In this document: positions 21,549-30,034 of the stretch, piece by piece | Layout of the letters: each line of letters starts with the position of its first letter | Numbering within the stretch: the stretch's first letter is position 1 | Assembly (NCBI GenBank): GCA_028713575.1 | Contig: JAQTOB010000007.1 | Span: forward strand, 1-32,000 | Source of the DNA: Patescibacteria group bacterium | GTDB taxonomy: Bacteria; Patescibacteriota; Patescibacteriia; UBA2591; UBA6264 | Direction of reading: 5' to 3' | DNA length: 32,000 nucleotides | Translations under genes and position numbers: made by a program | The notes under the pieces: generated by a model | Seen by the model: only the letters and a program-made list of their open reading frames with translations | Databases searched by the model: none | What the model was told of the DNA's origin: nothing

Positions 21549-21668
21549 TTCACCAACCAGCGGAGATAATTTTTCAGACACGAAATGTTGCCTTGTTAAA
21601 TTTTTATGGAGCAGACCTGCCAGCGGCGGTTAACAGGGTAATCAAAATTAATAGATTAATTTTTTTGC

Positions 21669-22553
21669 ATGTTTGATTTTGTTTCTCATCGTAAAAAATT
21701 TTTATCCGTTTCCGGCATTTTATTATTGATTTCTGTTTTATCTCTTATTATTTTTGGTTTAAAGCCGGGCATTGATTTTATAGGCGGAACAATGATGGAG
21801 ATAGAATATGAAGACCAGGCTTTAACCAACGCGGAAATAAAAGAAAATTTAAATCAATTTAATCAGGAAATCGGACAAGTTCAAGTTAAGGCCACGGGTG
21901 ATAAAGGATTTATTCTAAGATTTAAGGAAATTAATGAAAAAACACATCAAGAAATTTTAATAGCCCTGGAAAGTCCTTTGGAAAAAAAGTTTGAAACAAT
22001 TGGTCCAGTAATTGGCCAAGAATTGACACGAAAGACCAAATCAGCGATTATTTTGTCTTTATTGGCTATTATTTTTTATATTGCTTGGGCTTTTCGCAAG
22101 TTATCGCGTATTTCCGGCAAAGGAGAATCTTGGCGATACGGAGCAGGCGCTTTAGTGGCCCTTTTTCACGATATGATTATTCTTTTAGGACTTTTTTCTT
22201 TATTAGGAAGATTTAAAGGAGTGGAGATTGATGCCGCTTTTATTACTGCTATTTTAATTGTTCTTGGCTATTCCGTGAATGATACGATTGTGATTTATGA
22301 TCGCGTTAGAGAAAATTTATTGACTTATCATTTTAAAGATTTGGAAAAAACCATCAATTTGAGCGTTAACGAAAGTTTAGTCAGGTCATTAAATACTTCT
22401 TTAACCACGCTTTTGGCCCTATTGGCCGTTTATTTATTCGGCGGAGATTCCATCAAAAATTTTGTTTTGGCCATGATGGTGGGAATTGGCGTAGGAACAT
22501 GGTCTTCCGTCGTAGTGGCTGGTTCATTTTTACTTTGGAAAAGGAAAAAATAA
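21669..22553 (+). CDS. secF: Protein translocase subunit SecF
   Basis: GIDFIGGT, a six-TM layout, ALFHDMIILLGLFSL and GYSVNDTIVIYDRVREN are canonical SecF motifs. Confidence 0.93.
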   Translation: MFDFVSHRKKFLSVSGILLLISVLSLIIFGLKPGIDFIGGTMMEIEYEDQALTNAEIKENLNQFNQEIGQVQVKATGDKGFILRFKEINEKTHQEILIALESPLEKKFETIGPVIGQELTRKTKSAIILSLLAIIFYIAWAFRKLSRISGKGESWRYGAGALVALFHDMIILLGLFSLLGRFKGVEIDAAFITAILIVLGYSVNDTIVIYDRVRENLLTYHFKDLEKTINLSVNESLVRSLNTSLTTLLALLAVYLFGGDSIKNFVLAMMVGIGVGTWSSVVVAGSFLLWKRKK

Positions 22554-22643
22554 TCCCTTTTTTAGGGGACAACAGAAGAAATAGGTCGAATAATAATTTA
22601 AATAATTAAGATGTATTCAAAATACATCGCTGAAGGGCGAGGG

Positions 22644-23729
22644 ATGAAAGTTGCTTTAATCCATGATTTTTTGACGCAATACGGCGGAGCAGAAAAGGTT
22701 TTGGAGTGTTTTCATAAAATTTGGCCAACAGCGCCAATTTTTACTTTATTTTACGACCAGGAGGCGATGAGAGATAAATTTATTGATTGTGATATTCGTG
22801 TTTCACCAATCCAGAATTTGCCGTTTGGAGTAAAAAAATACCGCTGGTATTTACCCCTAATGCCGAGCGCGGTTGAAAGGTTTAATTTAAAAAATTTTGA
22901 TTTAGTAATTTCTGATTGTTCTGCTTATGCTAAAGGAGTAATTACCCAACCGGGTACTTGTCATTTTTCATATATTCACACGCCCACGCGTTATTTATGG
23001 TCTGACGCCCATAATTACCTTGATTCTTTAAAAGGAGGGGAGAAAATAGCAAGTAAAATTATTGCTCCGCTTTTAAATCGTTTGAGGATTTGGGACTATT
23101 TAGCGGCGCAAAGGCCAAATGCTTTAATTGCCAATTCAAAATTTGTGGCGCAAAGAATCAAGCATTATTATCACCGCGAGAGCACAGTGATTTATCCTCC
23201 CGTAGAAACAGATAAATTTAAGATTAGCGAAAAAATAGACAAATATTTTTTAGTTGTTTCTCGCCTGAGACCTTATAAAAGAGTTGATTTGGCAGTGCAA
23301 GCTTTTAATCATTTAAAAATTCCTTTGAAGATTATTGGTGGAGGAGAGAGCAGAATATTAAAAAAAATGGCCGGGCCACATATTGAATTTTTAGGTATTC
23401 TTTCTAACCAGAAAAGAGCCGATTATATGTCTCGTTGTCAGGCTTTAATATTTCCCCAAGAAGAAGATTTTGGCATTACAGCCGTGGAGGCCATGGCCAG
23501 TGGCCGACCGGTTATTGCTTATCAAGCCGGCGGCGCCTTGGAAATAATAAAAGAAAATAAAACTGGTCAGTTTTTTAAAGAACAAACCTGGGAGAGTTTA
23601 GCTGAAGCAGTCGTTAAATTTAAAATAGAAAATTTTAATTCAAATAAAATTAGAGAACACGCTTTGCAGTTTAATCAAGAAAGATTTAAAGAAGAAATAA
23701 AGAGTTTTGTCCAAAATTATAAGCCCTGA
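22644..23729 (+). CDS. Glycosyltransferase, GT4 (group 1) family
   Basis: MKVALIHDFLTQYGGAEKV at the N-terminus, and FPQEEDFGITAVEAMASGRPVIA (the EX7E region). ATG 22644 is preceded by GAAGGGCGAGGG and is preferred over ATG 22611. Confidence 0.85.
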   Translation: MKVALIHDFLTQYGGAEKVLECFHKIWPTAPIFTLFYDQEAMRDKFIDCDIRVSPIQNLPFGVKKYRWYLPLMPSAVERFNLKNFDLVISDCSAYAKGVITQPGTCHFSYIHTPTRYLWSDAHNYLDSLKGGEKIASKIIAPLLNRLRIWDYLAAQRPNALIANSKFVAQRIKHYYHRESTVIYPPVETDKFKISEKIDKYFLVVSRLRPYKRVDLAVQAFNHLKIPLKIIGGGESRILKKMAGPHIEFLGILSNQKRADYMSRCQALIFPQEEDFGITAVEAMASGRPVIAYQAGGALEIIKENKTGQFFKEQTWESLAEAVVKFKIENFNSNKIREHALQFNQERFKEEIKSFVQNYKP

Positions 23730-23914
23730 GATTGCCGAAGGACGCAGAAATTTTAGTTACAAAACCTTTACTTTGTCCCCCAATCTATGCTTTGTAATCC
23801 CAATTTTAATTTGGAGTTTAATATAGCCATCTAAACCACAGATTAGCGGCAGGGTGCTCAATGTTGTAGTAAAATTTATTTCGCATTGAGCTCGTAAATT
23901 TTAACAACATTGGT

Positions 23915-25522
23915 ATGTTTCAAAAAGTAGATAAATTTCAGAAAACAGTGACTGGCGGAGCGATTATTATCGCCCTTTTTTCAATTTTAAGCCGTTTACT
24001 TGGTCTTTTAAGAGACCGATTTTTAAGTAGCACTTTTGGCGCGGGTCAAATTTTAGATTCTTATTATGCCGCTTTTCGTTTACCGGACTTGATTTTTAAT
24101 ACTTTGGTTTTAGGCGCTCTTTCTTCCGTTTTTATTCCAGTTTTCATTAAATATTGGCATCAAGACGAAAAAGAGGCTTGGCGAATTACTAATGGAGTGC
24201 TGAATATTTTATTCCTGATAATTTCTTGCTTAGCGATTATTTTGTTCTTTTTATCGCCGTTTTTAGTCAATTATATGGTGCCGGGATTTAGCCAGGAAGC
24301 AAAAAATTTAACGATTTCTTTAACTAAAATAATGCTTTTAAGCACTTTGTTTTTTACCCTTAGCAATGTAGCGGGCAGTGTTTTAAATTCTTTTCGCCGA
24401 TTTTTATCTTACAGTTTAGCGCCGATTATGTATAATTTAGGAATTATTTTTGGCATTTTATTTTTAACTAAAAAAATTGGTTATGTTGGTTTGGGCTGGG
24501 GCGTTGTTTTAGGCGCCCTACTTCATTTTTTAATTCAAATTCCAGCTTTGGTAAAAACAGGTTATCGTTGGCAACCAGTTTTAAATTTTTTTCATCCCGC
24601 GATAAAAAAAATCAGCGTTTTAATGTTACCGCGCTGTTTTGGTTTGGCCATTTCCCAGTTTAATTTTATTGTTACCACTTTAATCGCTTCAAGTTTAACC
24701 ATTGGCGCCGTGGCTATTTATAACCTGGCTTTTAATTTAGTTAACTTTCCGGTAAGTATTTTTGGGATTTCTCTGGCGATTTCCATTTTTCCTCTTTTAA
24801 GCCAATGTTTCATTGAAGACAAGAAAACATTTTTTGTTAAATATTTTTCTCAGACGGTTAGAAAAATTATTTATTTAATTATTCCAACCACGGTTTTAAT
24901 TTTGAGCCTAAGGGCGCAGATCGTTCGTTTAATTTTAGGGGCGGGTGTTTTTACTTGGCGTGATACAATTTTAACAGCTCAAACTTTAGGTTGGTTTTCT
25001 GTGTCTCTTTTTGCTCAAAGTTTGATTCCGGTTTTTGCTCGGGCTTTTTATGCCACCCAGGACACAAAAACACCGGTTAAAGCGGCAATGGTCAGTTTTT
25101 TTATTAATATTATCGCTTGTTTGATTTTTGGCAATTTAATGGGAGTGGGCGGACTGGCTTTTGCCTTCTCACTTTCTTCCATTGTTAATTTAATACTTCT
25201 TTATTTTTATTTTGATAAAAAAATCACAAAATTACCCGATAAAGAAATTATGACTTCAGTTATAAAAATTTCTTTAATTTCTTTTTTAATGGCGATAATA
25301 ATTCAAGCGGTTAAGTATTTGATTGGTCCTTTGGTTAATATGCAAACTTTTATCGGCGTTTTATTGCAAACATTTTTTGCCGCTTTATTTGGTTTTATTT
25401 TTTATTTGACCACTACTTTAGCCTTTAAATTTGAGGAAGTGGGAGTGATTACACAAATGATTTCAAAAAGAATTTTAATCTTTAAAAACAAAGGAGGAAA
25501 AAGTGGAAAGAAAAATTTTTAA
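23915..25522 (+). CDS. murJ: Lipid II flippase MurJ (MviN family)
   Basis: LSRLLGLLRDRFLSSTFGAGQILDSYYAAFRLPDLIFN and 14 or more hydrophobic segments are typical of MurJ. Confidence 0.9.
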   Translation: MFQKVDKFQKTVTGGAIIIALFSILSRLLGLLRDRFLSSTFGAGQILDSYYAAFRLPDLIFNTLVLGALSSVFIPVFIKYWHQDEKEAWRITNGVLNILFLIISCLAIILFFLSPFLVNYMVPGFSQEAKNLTISLTKIMLLSTLFFTLSNVAGSVLNSFRRFLSYSLAPIMYNLGIIFGILFLTKKIGYVGLGWGVVLGALLHFLIQIPALVKTGYRWQPVLNFFHPAIKKISVLMLPRCFGLAISQFNFIVTTLIASSLTIGAVAIYNLAFNLVNFPVSIFGISLAISIFPLLSQCFIEDKKTFFVKYFSQTVRKIIYLIIPTTVLILSLRAQIVRLILGAGVFTWRDTILTAQTLGWFSVSLFAQSLIPVFARAFYATQDTKTPVKAAMVSFFINIIACLIFGNLMGVGGLAFAFSLSSIVNLILLYFYFDKKITKLPDKEIMTSVIKISLISFLMAIIIQAVKYLIGPLVNMQTFIGVLLQTFFAALFGFIFYLTTTLAFKFEEVGVITQMISKRILIFKNKGGKSGKKNF

Positions 25523-25919
25523 AAGAGAAGATTGGAAGAAAGCATTTCCTGATTTTTATCAAAGAGGGAATCTTCTAAAAAAGATAAAAATAAAAATAAG
25601 AGTAGAAGACAAAAAAGCCCTTGTAATCGGAGAGACCAGAGAAAAAATGGTAATGACAGTTCTGGAAAAAATGAAAAGACAGGGGAAAATCAGGGATTAT
25701 ATCAGGACGGAAAAATTTGGTTATTTAGATTTAATTTTGGGCGTAGATTTTATCATTACATATGTGAATGATAAATATCGCGTTTGCCAATTTTCCGTTA
25801 CTGGTCCGGCCTGGGTGAAAGGACATAAAGAAAGGCATCCAGAGATACCGATTGTCAGCGTAAAGCTGAATGAAAATAAGGAGTCAATAGAAAAAAAGAT
25901 CCTGAAATTAAAAATTTAA
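25503..25919 (+). CDS. Hypothetical protein (138 aa), GTG start overlapping the murJ 3' end by 20 nt
   Basis: The consensus SD AAAGGAGGA ends 4 nt before GTG 25503. The ORF is lysine-rich and soluble, and no family was recognised. Confidence 0.5.
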   Translation: MERKIFKREDWKKAFPDFYQRGNLLKKIKIKIRVEDKKALVIGETREKMVMTVLEKMKRQGKIRDYIRTEKFGYLDLILGVDFIITYVNDKYRVCQFSVTGPAWVKGHKERHPEIPIVSVKLNENKESIEKKILKLKI

Positions 25920-25923
25920 TTAA

Positions 25924-25953
25924 AAGAGGGCAGATTAGAAACGTCCTCTTTTT
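25924..25953 (+). terminator. Rho-independent terminator
   Basis: AAGAGG (25924-25929) pairs with CCTCTT (25945-25950) and runs into a T-run. Confidence 0.5.
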
Positions 25954-25956
25954 AAA

Positions 25957-25985
25957 TTGACATTGGCTTTTAAATGACATAAAAT
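25957..25985 (+). promoter_or_regulatory. Sigma70-type promoter for lepA
   Basis: TTGACA (25957-25962), a 17-nt spacer, then TAAAAT (25980-25985). ATG codons lie at 25989 and 25995, so the mRNA would be leaderless or nearly so. Confidence 0.5.
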
Positions 25986-25988
25986 TAA

Positions 25989-27827
25989 ATGAATATGTTG
26001 AATTTAAATCTAATTAGAAATTTTTGTATTATTTCGCATGTTGACCATGGTAAATCAACATTAGCCGACCGATTTTTGGAATTGACAGGGACCATCAGTA
26101 AAGAAAAAATGAAGCCGCAATATCTTGACCGCTTGCCCTTAGAGAGAGAAAGGGGAATTACTATTAAACTTCAATCCGTGACCATGCGTTATGATTTAGA
26201 AGGGAAAGAATATGTTTTAAATCTAATTGATACGCCCGGCCATGTTGATTTTTCTTACGAAGTTTCTCGTTCATTGGCCGCAGTAGAAGGGGCGATTCTT
26301 TTGGTTGACGCTGGTCAAGGCATTCAAGCGCAAACTTTATCTAACCTATATTTGGCGCAAAAACAAAATTTACAAATTATCCCCGTTATCAATAAAATAG
26401 ATTTAGAAGGCATTGATTTAGAAAATGTAAAGAAAGAAATTATCAATTTATTGAAAATTGAAGAAAAAGAAATTATTTGCGCTTCGGCAAAAAGGGGAAT
26501 TAATGTAGAAGAAATATTATTGGCAGTAATCAATAAAATCCCAGCCCCGAAAATTGAAACAGACCAACCCTTAAAAGCCTTGATATTTGATTCTTGTTTT
26601 GATGATTATAGGGGGGTAATTGCTTTTGTTCGCGTTTTTCAGGGCAGTTTAAGGGCGGAAGATAAAATAAAATTTTTAGCCACCAATATCACAACTTCTA
26701 TTTTAGAAGTTGGCATTTTTTCTCCCGATTTTAAAAAAGAACCTGAATTGAAATCAGGACAAATCGGTTATATCGTCACCGGGCTAAAGGATATTGAAAA
26801 ATGTAGAGTGGGCGATACAATTAGTTTAATCAATGGAGAAACAAAACCTTTGGTTGGTTATCATGAGCCACAATCAATGGTTTTTGCCGGACTTTATCCC
26901 AAACAAGGAGACCAGCCGGAAAAATTACGTCAGGCCTTAACAAAATTAAAATTAAACGACGCTAGTTTAATTTTTGAACCAGAACATTCCTTGGCCTTAG
27001 GTTTCGGTTTTCGCGCCGGGTTTTTGGGTCTTTTGCATTTAGATGTGGTTCAAGAGAGACTAAAAAGAGAATACGATTTAGATTTAGTTATTACTTCTCC
27101 CAGTGTTGCTTATCAAATATGGTTAAAGGGAGAAAATAATTTTTTAGTTATTCATTCACCGAGCGAGTTTCCCGACCCGGCTAAAATTGATAAAATTAAA
27201 GAACCATGGATGACTGTGGATATTATTAGTCCACAAAAATATTTAGGCGTAATTATGGATTTTGCAACCACGGCGCCACAGGGAGCAAAATCCCGAACGA
27301 ATTTTCTTTCTTTAGAATATTTAAGTCAAAGCGAAAATAAATTTGAACAAGGAAGAATAATTATTCATTTAGAAATGCCCTTATCATTACTTTTGGTTGA
27401 TTTTTATGATAAATTAAAAAGCCTTACTCAGGGGTATGCTTCTTACAGTTACGCTTTTCTTGATTATCGTGAAGCAGAAGTTGTGAAGTTAGATATTTTG
27501 GTCGGCGGAGAAAAAGTAGAACAATTAGCCACTTTAGTATATGATGATTGGGCTTATCAGGCCGGCCGTAAGATTGTAACGGCTTTAAAAGATATTTTAC
27601 CTCGCCAGCTTTTTGAAGTTAAGGTTCAGGCGGCAATTGGAGGCAAAATTATTGCCGCAGAGAGAATTTCTCCTTTAAGAAAAGACGTGACAGCTAAATT
27701 GTACGGCGGAGATGTTACACGAAAAAGAAAATTATTAGAAAAACAAAAAAAGGGAAAGAAAAAGATGATGCAATTGGGCAAAGTTAACATTCCGGCTGAA
27801 GCCTATTTGGCCATTATGAAAAGATAG
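25989..27827 (+). CDS. lepA: Translation elongation factor 4 (LepA)
   Basis: IRNFCIISHVDHGKSTLADR, DTPGHVDF, NKID and the C-terminal LepA-specific region ending KLLEKQKKGKKKMMQLGKVNIPAEAYLAIMK. Confidence 0.97.
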   Translation: MNMLNLNLIRNFCIISHVDHGKSTLADRFLELTGTISKEKMKPQYLDRLPLERERGITIKLQSVTMRYDLEGKEYVLNLIDTPGHVDFSYEVSRSLAAVEGAILLVDAGQGIQAQTLSNLYLAQKQNLQIIPVINKIDLEGIDLENVKKEIINLLKIEEKEIICASAKRGINVEEILLAVINKIPAPKIETDQPLKALIFDSCFDDYRGVIAFVRVFQGSLRAEDKIKFLATNITTSILEVGIFSPDFKKEPELKSGQIGYIVTGLKDIEKCRVGDTISLINGETKPLVGYHEPQSMVFAGLYPKQGDQPEKLRQALTKLKLNDASLIFEPEHSLALGFGFRAGFLGLLHLDVVQERLKREYDLDLVITSPSVAYQIWLKGENNFLVIHSPSEFPDPAKIDKIKEPWMTVDIISPQKYLGVIMDFATTAPQGAKSRTNFLSLEYLSQSENKFEQGRIIIHLEMPLSLLLVDFYDKLKSLTQGYASYSYAFLDYREAEVVKLDILVGGEKVEQLATLVYDDWAYQAGRKIVTALKDILPRQLFEVKVQAAIGGKIIAAERISPLRKDVTAKLYGGDVTRKRKLLEKQKKGKKKMMQLGKVNIPAEAYLAIMKR

Positions 27828-27892
27828 GGAGCAAAGCGTTTATATTTTAGGTGAAATTTATTTTGTCAAAAAATTTATAAGCTTCAAAAAAT

Positions 27893-28291
27893 ATGGCAGT
27901 TTTAAAAAAAATTTTATCTTCCAAACCATTGTCGTATTTATTGGCCTTATTACTATTTTTTTCTTTTGTTTCTTTGGGGAGAGAAATAAATCGACAGATA
28001 AATCTTAAAAAAGAATTAAATTATTTGAAAGAACAAACAATGACAATGGAATTAGAAAACCAAAAATTAATGGAAGATTTAGAAAAAATTCAAAGCGAAT
28101 ATTTTAAAGAAAGGGCAGCTCGCCTTAAATTGGGCTTGCGTAAACCGGGAGAAAGAATGATTGTCATTGTTCCTTCTAAAGATTTAGAAAAAGATGATTC
28201 TTCTGAAAAATATTTTCAGAAGAAAATTTCCAATTTTATGATTTGGTGGCAAAAGTTTTTCCCAAAATTTCAAGATTTTGAAAAGCCGTAA
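27893..28291 (+). CDS. Septum formation initiator family protein (FtsB/DivIC-like)
   Basis: An N-terminal TM segment, a coiled coil (LKKELNYLKEQTMTMELENQKLMEDLEKI) and YFKERAARLKLGLRKPGERMIVIV, typical of the FtsB/DivIC family. Confidence 0.7.
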   Translation: MAVLKKILSSKPLSYLLALLLFFSFVSLGREINRQINLKKELNYLKEQTMTMELENQKLMEDLEKIQSEYFKERAARLKLGLRKPGERMIVIVPSKDLEKDDSSEKYFQKKISNFMIWWQKFFPKFQDFEKP

Positions 28292-28574
28292 ATAATTTTT
28301 TTAAAGAATTTAAAAATAAAAATTGAATTTAATTCTTAGTTTTTATTTTATTTTTGATTTTTAATAAATAATCTAAAGTTTGAATTTTATCACCATTCTC
28401 CAATCATTTTAATTCAACGTCTACGCAACAAATATATTTTAAACCATAATATTTTTAATTTTGAAACATTTTTTGAAACGCAAAGGCGCGGAAACTAAAA
28501 GTTGTTTTTTTTGTTGATAATTTGTAAATAATTTGTTAAATTAAAAGAATAAAATTTTAAGCGAACAATAATCA

Positions 28575-29111
28575 ATGGATTATCAAATTGTTAAATGGTT
28601 TAATGGTTTAGCCAATCAAAATTTTTATTTGGATATTTTTGGTATTATTTTAGCCGAATTTTTAATTTTTTCTTTACCCCTAATTATTATTTTATTTTAT
28701 TTTTTTTCTGATAGAAAAAAGGGTTTATTTTTTTTGATTTTAAAAATAATTTTTTCTTTAATTTTCGCTTATAGTTTAAATTATTTAATTGGCTTGATTT
28801 TTCTTCGTCCTCGTCCTTTTGTTAATCATCAAGAAATCTATCAATTGGCTAAATTTTTTGCCAAAACAACAGATTATTCTTTTCCCTCATATCATACAAC
28901 TACAGCCTTTGTTATGTCTTTTATGGTTTTATTTGATTGGCGAAAATTTGGGACAATATTATTAATTTTGTCTTTATTGGTTGGTTTGGGAAGAATTTTT
29001 GTCGGAGTTCATTATCCTATGGACATTTTAGGCGGGATTGTAACGTCTTTGTTGGCAGTAATTTCAATTAATTTTATTTTTAAATATTTTAACATAAGGA
29101 AAGTTAAATAA
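28575..29111 (+). CDS. PAP2-family phosphatase (undecaprenyl-diphosphatase-like)
   Basis: PAP2 motifs LRPRP, PSYHT and GRIFVGVHYPMDILGG in a multi-TM protein. Confidence 0.8.
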   Translation: MDYQIVKWFNGLANQNFYLDIFGIILAEFLIFSLPLIIILFYFFSDRKKGLFFLILKIIFSLIFAYSLNYLIGLIFLRPRPFVNHQEIYQLAKFFAKTTDYSFPSYHTTTAFVMSFMVLFDWRKFGTILLILSLLVGLGRIFVGVHYPMDILGGIVTSLLAVISINFIFKYFNIRKVK

Positions 29112-29196
29112 TTATTAGAAACGATAACATGTTCGGGATTAACAACTATTAGTAAAAATTATATTAATAGTGCAAGATAATAATACAATGAAATTA

Positions 29197-29224
29197 AACA
29201 AAACCGGAGTAATCCGGTTTTGTT
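29197..29224. terminator. Bidirectional terminator at the convergent strand switch
   Basis: AACAAAACCGG (29197-29207) pairs with CCGGTTTTGTT (29214-29224). A/T runs flank it on both sides. It lies between the PAP2 gene (+) and the tRNA cluster (-). Confidence 0.75.
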
Positions 29225-29245
29225 TAATTTTAAAACAGAAAAGAA

Positions 29246-29317
29246 TAGCAGGTGTGGGAATCGAACCCACGACGGCACGCTTATGAAGCGTGTGCTCTAC
29301 CGCTGAGCTAACCTGCC
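29246..29317 (-). tRNA. tRNA-Met (anticodon CAT), elongator type. A lysidine-modified tRNA-Ile2 cannot be excluded.
   Basis: Reverse complement: GGCAGGT TA GCTC AGCGGTA GAGC A CACGC TTCATAA GCGTG CCGTC GTGGG TTCGATT CCCAC ACCTGCT A. This gives a full cloverleaf with a G1-U72 wobble. CCA is not encoded. Confidence 0.88.
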
Positions 29318-29421
29318 GCTACTCCGCCAATTTTTTATAATCTTAAATATTTATGATTATAATTTCAAGGCGGAGAATAATTTTGGTTGCCCTCCATAGC
29401 TTTAGGCGAGGGAGGGCCAAA

Positions 29422-29494
29422 TTGCGGGGGCAGGATTCGAACCTGCAACCTCCAGGTTATGGGCCTGGCGAGCTGCCATTGCTACTACCCCGCG
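29422..29494 (-). tRNA. Initiator tRNA-fMet (anticodon CAT)
   Basis: Reverse complement: CGCGGGG TA ... CCAGG CCCATAA CCTGG ... GCAGG TTCGAAT CCTGC CCCCGCA A. It has the bacterial-initiator hallmark C1:A72 mismatch and the same CGCGGGG...CCCCGCA acceptor as E. coli tRNA-fMet. CCA is not encoded. Confidence 0.9.
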
Positions 29495-29695
29495 ATATTG
29501 TTTTATTATAACAATAAAAAATTATTTTGCAAGTTTAAACAAGTTTAAAAATAAAATAAACCCAAAAAACAAGTTAAAAAATTTAAAAAATAAATAGAAA
29601 AAAACGAGAACCCAGGAAGAGTTCTCGCACATATTTTTTATCCTCCTATTTATTTTAAATTCTTTTCATTTTTCTTTTAAAGATATTTTCTTTAT

Positions 29696-29723
29696 ATTTT
29701 AGAGAATATCTTTGTTTTTTCAA
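29696..29723 (-). promoter_or_regulatory. Candidate sigma70-type promoter for the tRNA-fMet/tRNA-Met transcript
   Basis: On the - strand: TTGAAA (29723-29718), a 16-nt spacer, then TAAAAT (29701-29696). Confidence 0.4.
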
Positions 29724-29873
29724 GTTTAATTTTATTGCAGGAATGATGATTTCTTTCTGCAAAAAATTAAACCTGAAATATGGAATTAAATTGTCCCATA
29801 TAATCATAAAAACCTCCTTTTGTTACAATATAAATTTATTTTATTATGGAAAATTGTATATACTCCGCACAAA

Positions 29874-29960
29874 TGGTGCCGCGGGAGAGAATCGAACTCT
29901 CATGGAGTTGCCCCCATACGATTTTGAGTCGTACGCGTCTGCCTGTTCCGCCACCGCGGC
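29874..29960 (-). tRNA. tRNA-Leu (anticodon CAA), class II with a long variable arm; CCA is encoded
   Basis: Reverse complement: GCCGCGG TG GCG GAACAGGCAGA CGC G TACGA CTCAAAA TCGTA TGGGGGCAACTCCA T GAGAG TTCGATT CTCTC CCGCGGC A CCA. Confidence 0.9.
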
Positions 29961-30034
29961 ACCATTTATGCGGGATAAAATTATTTCCCTTTTCACCGCG
30001 GTTTATTTTAGTAATAGTATAACATAACTTCAAT

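Noticed and set aside
29112-29245. A dif/Xer recombination site at the convergent strand switch
   Set aside because: The region contains only AT-rich sequence with a weak resemblance to dif. There is no recognisable pair of XerC/XerD arms around a 6-bp spacer.
29743-30033. Track ORFs 29743..30027(+) and 29836..30033(-)
   Set aside because: Both overlap tRNA-Leu (29874-29960) and AT-rich spacer. They have no SD and no recognisable protein features.
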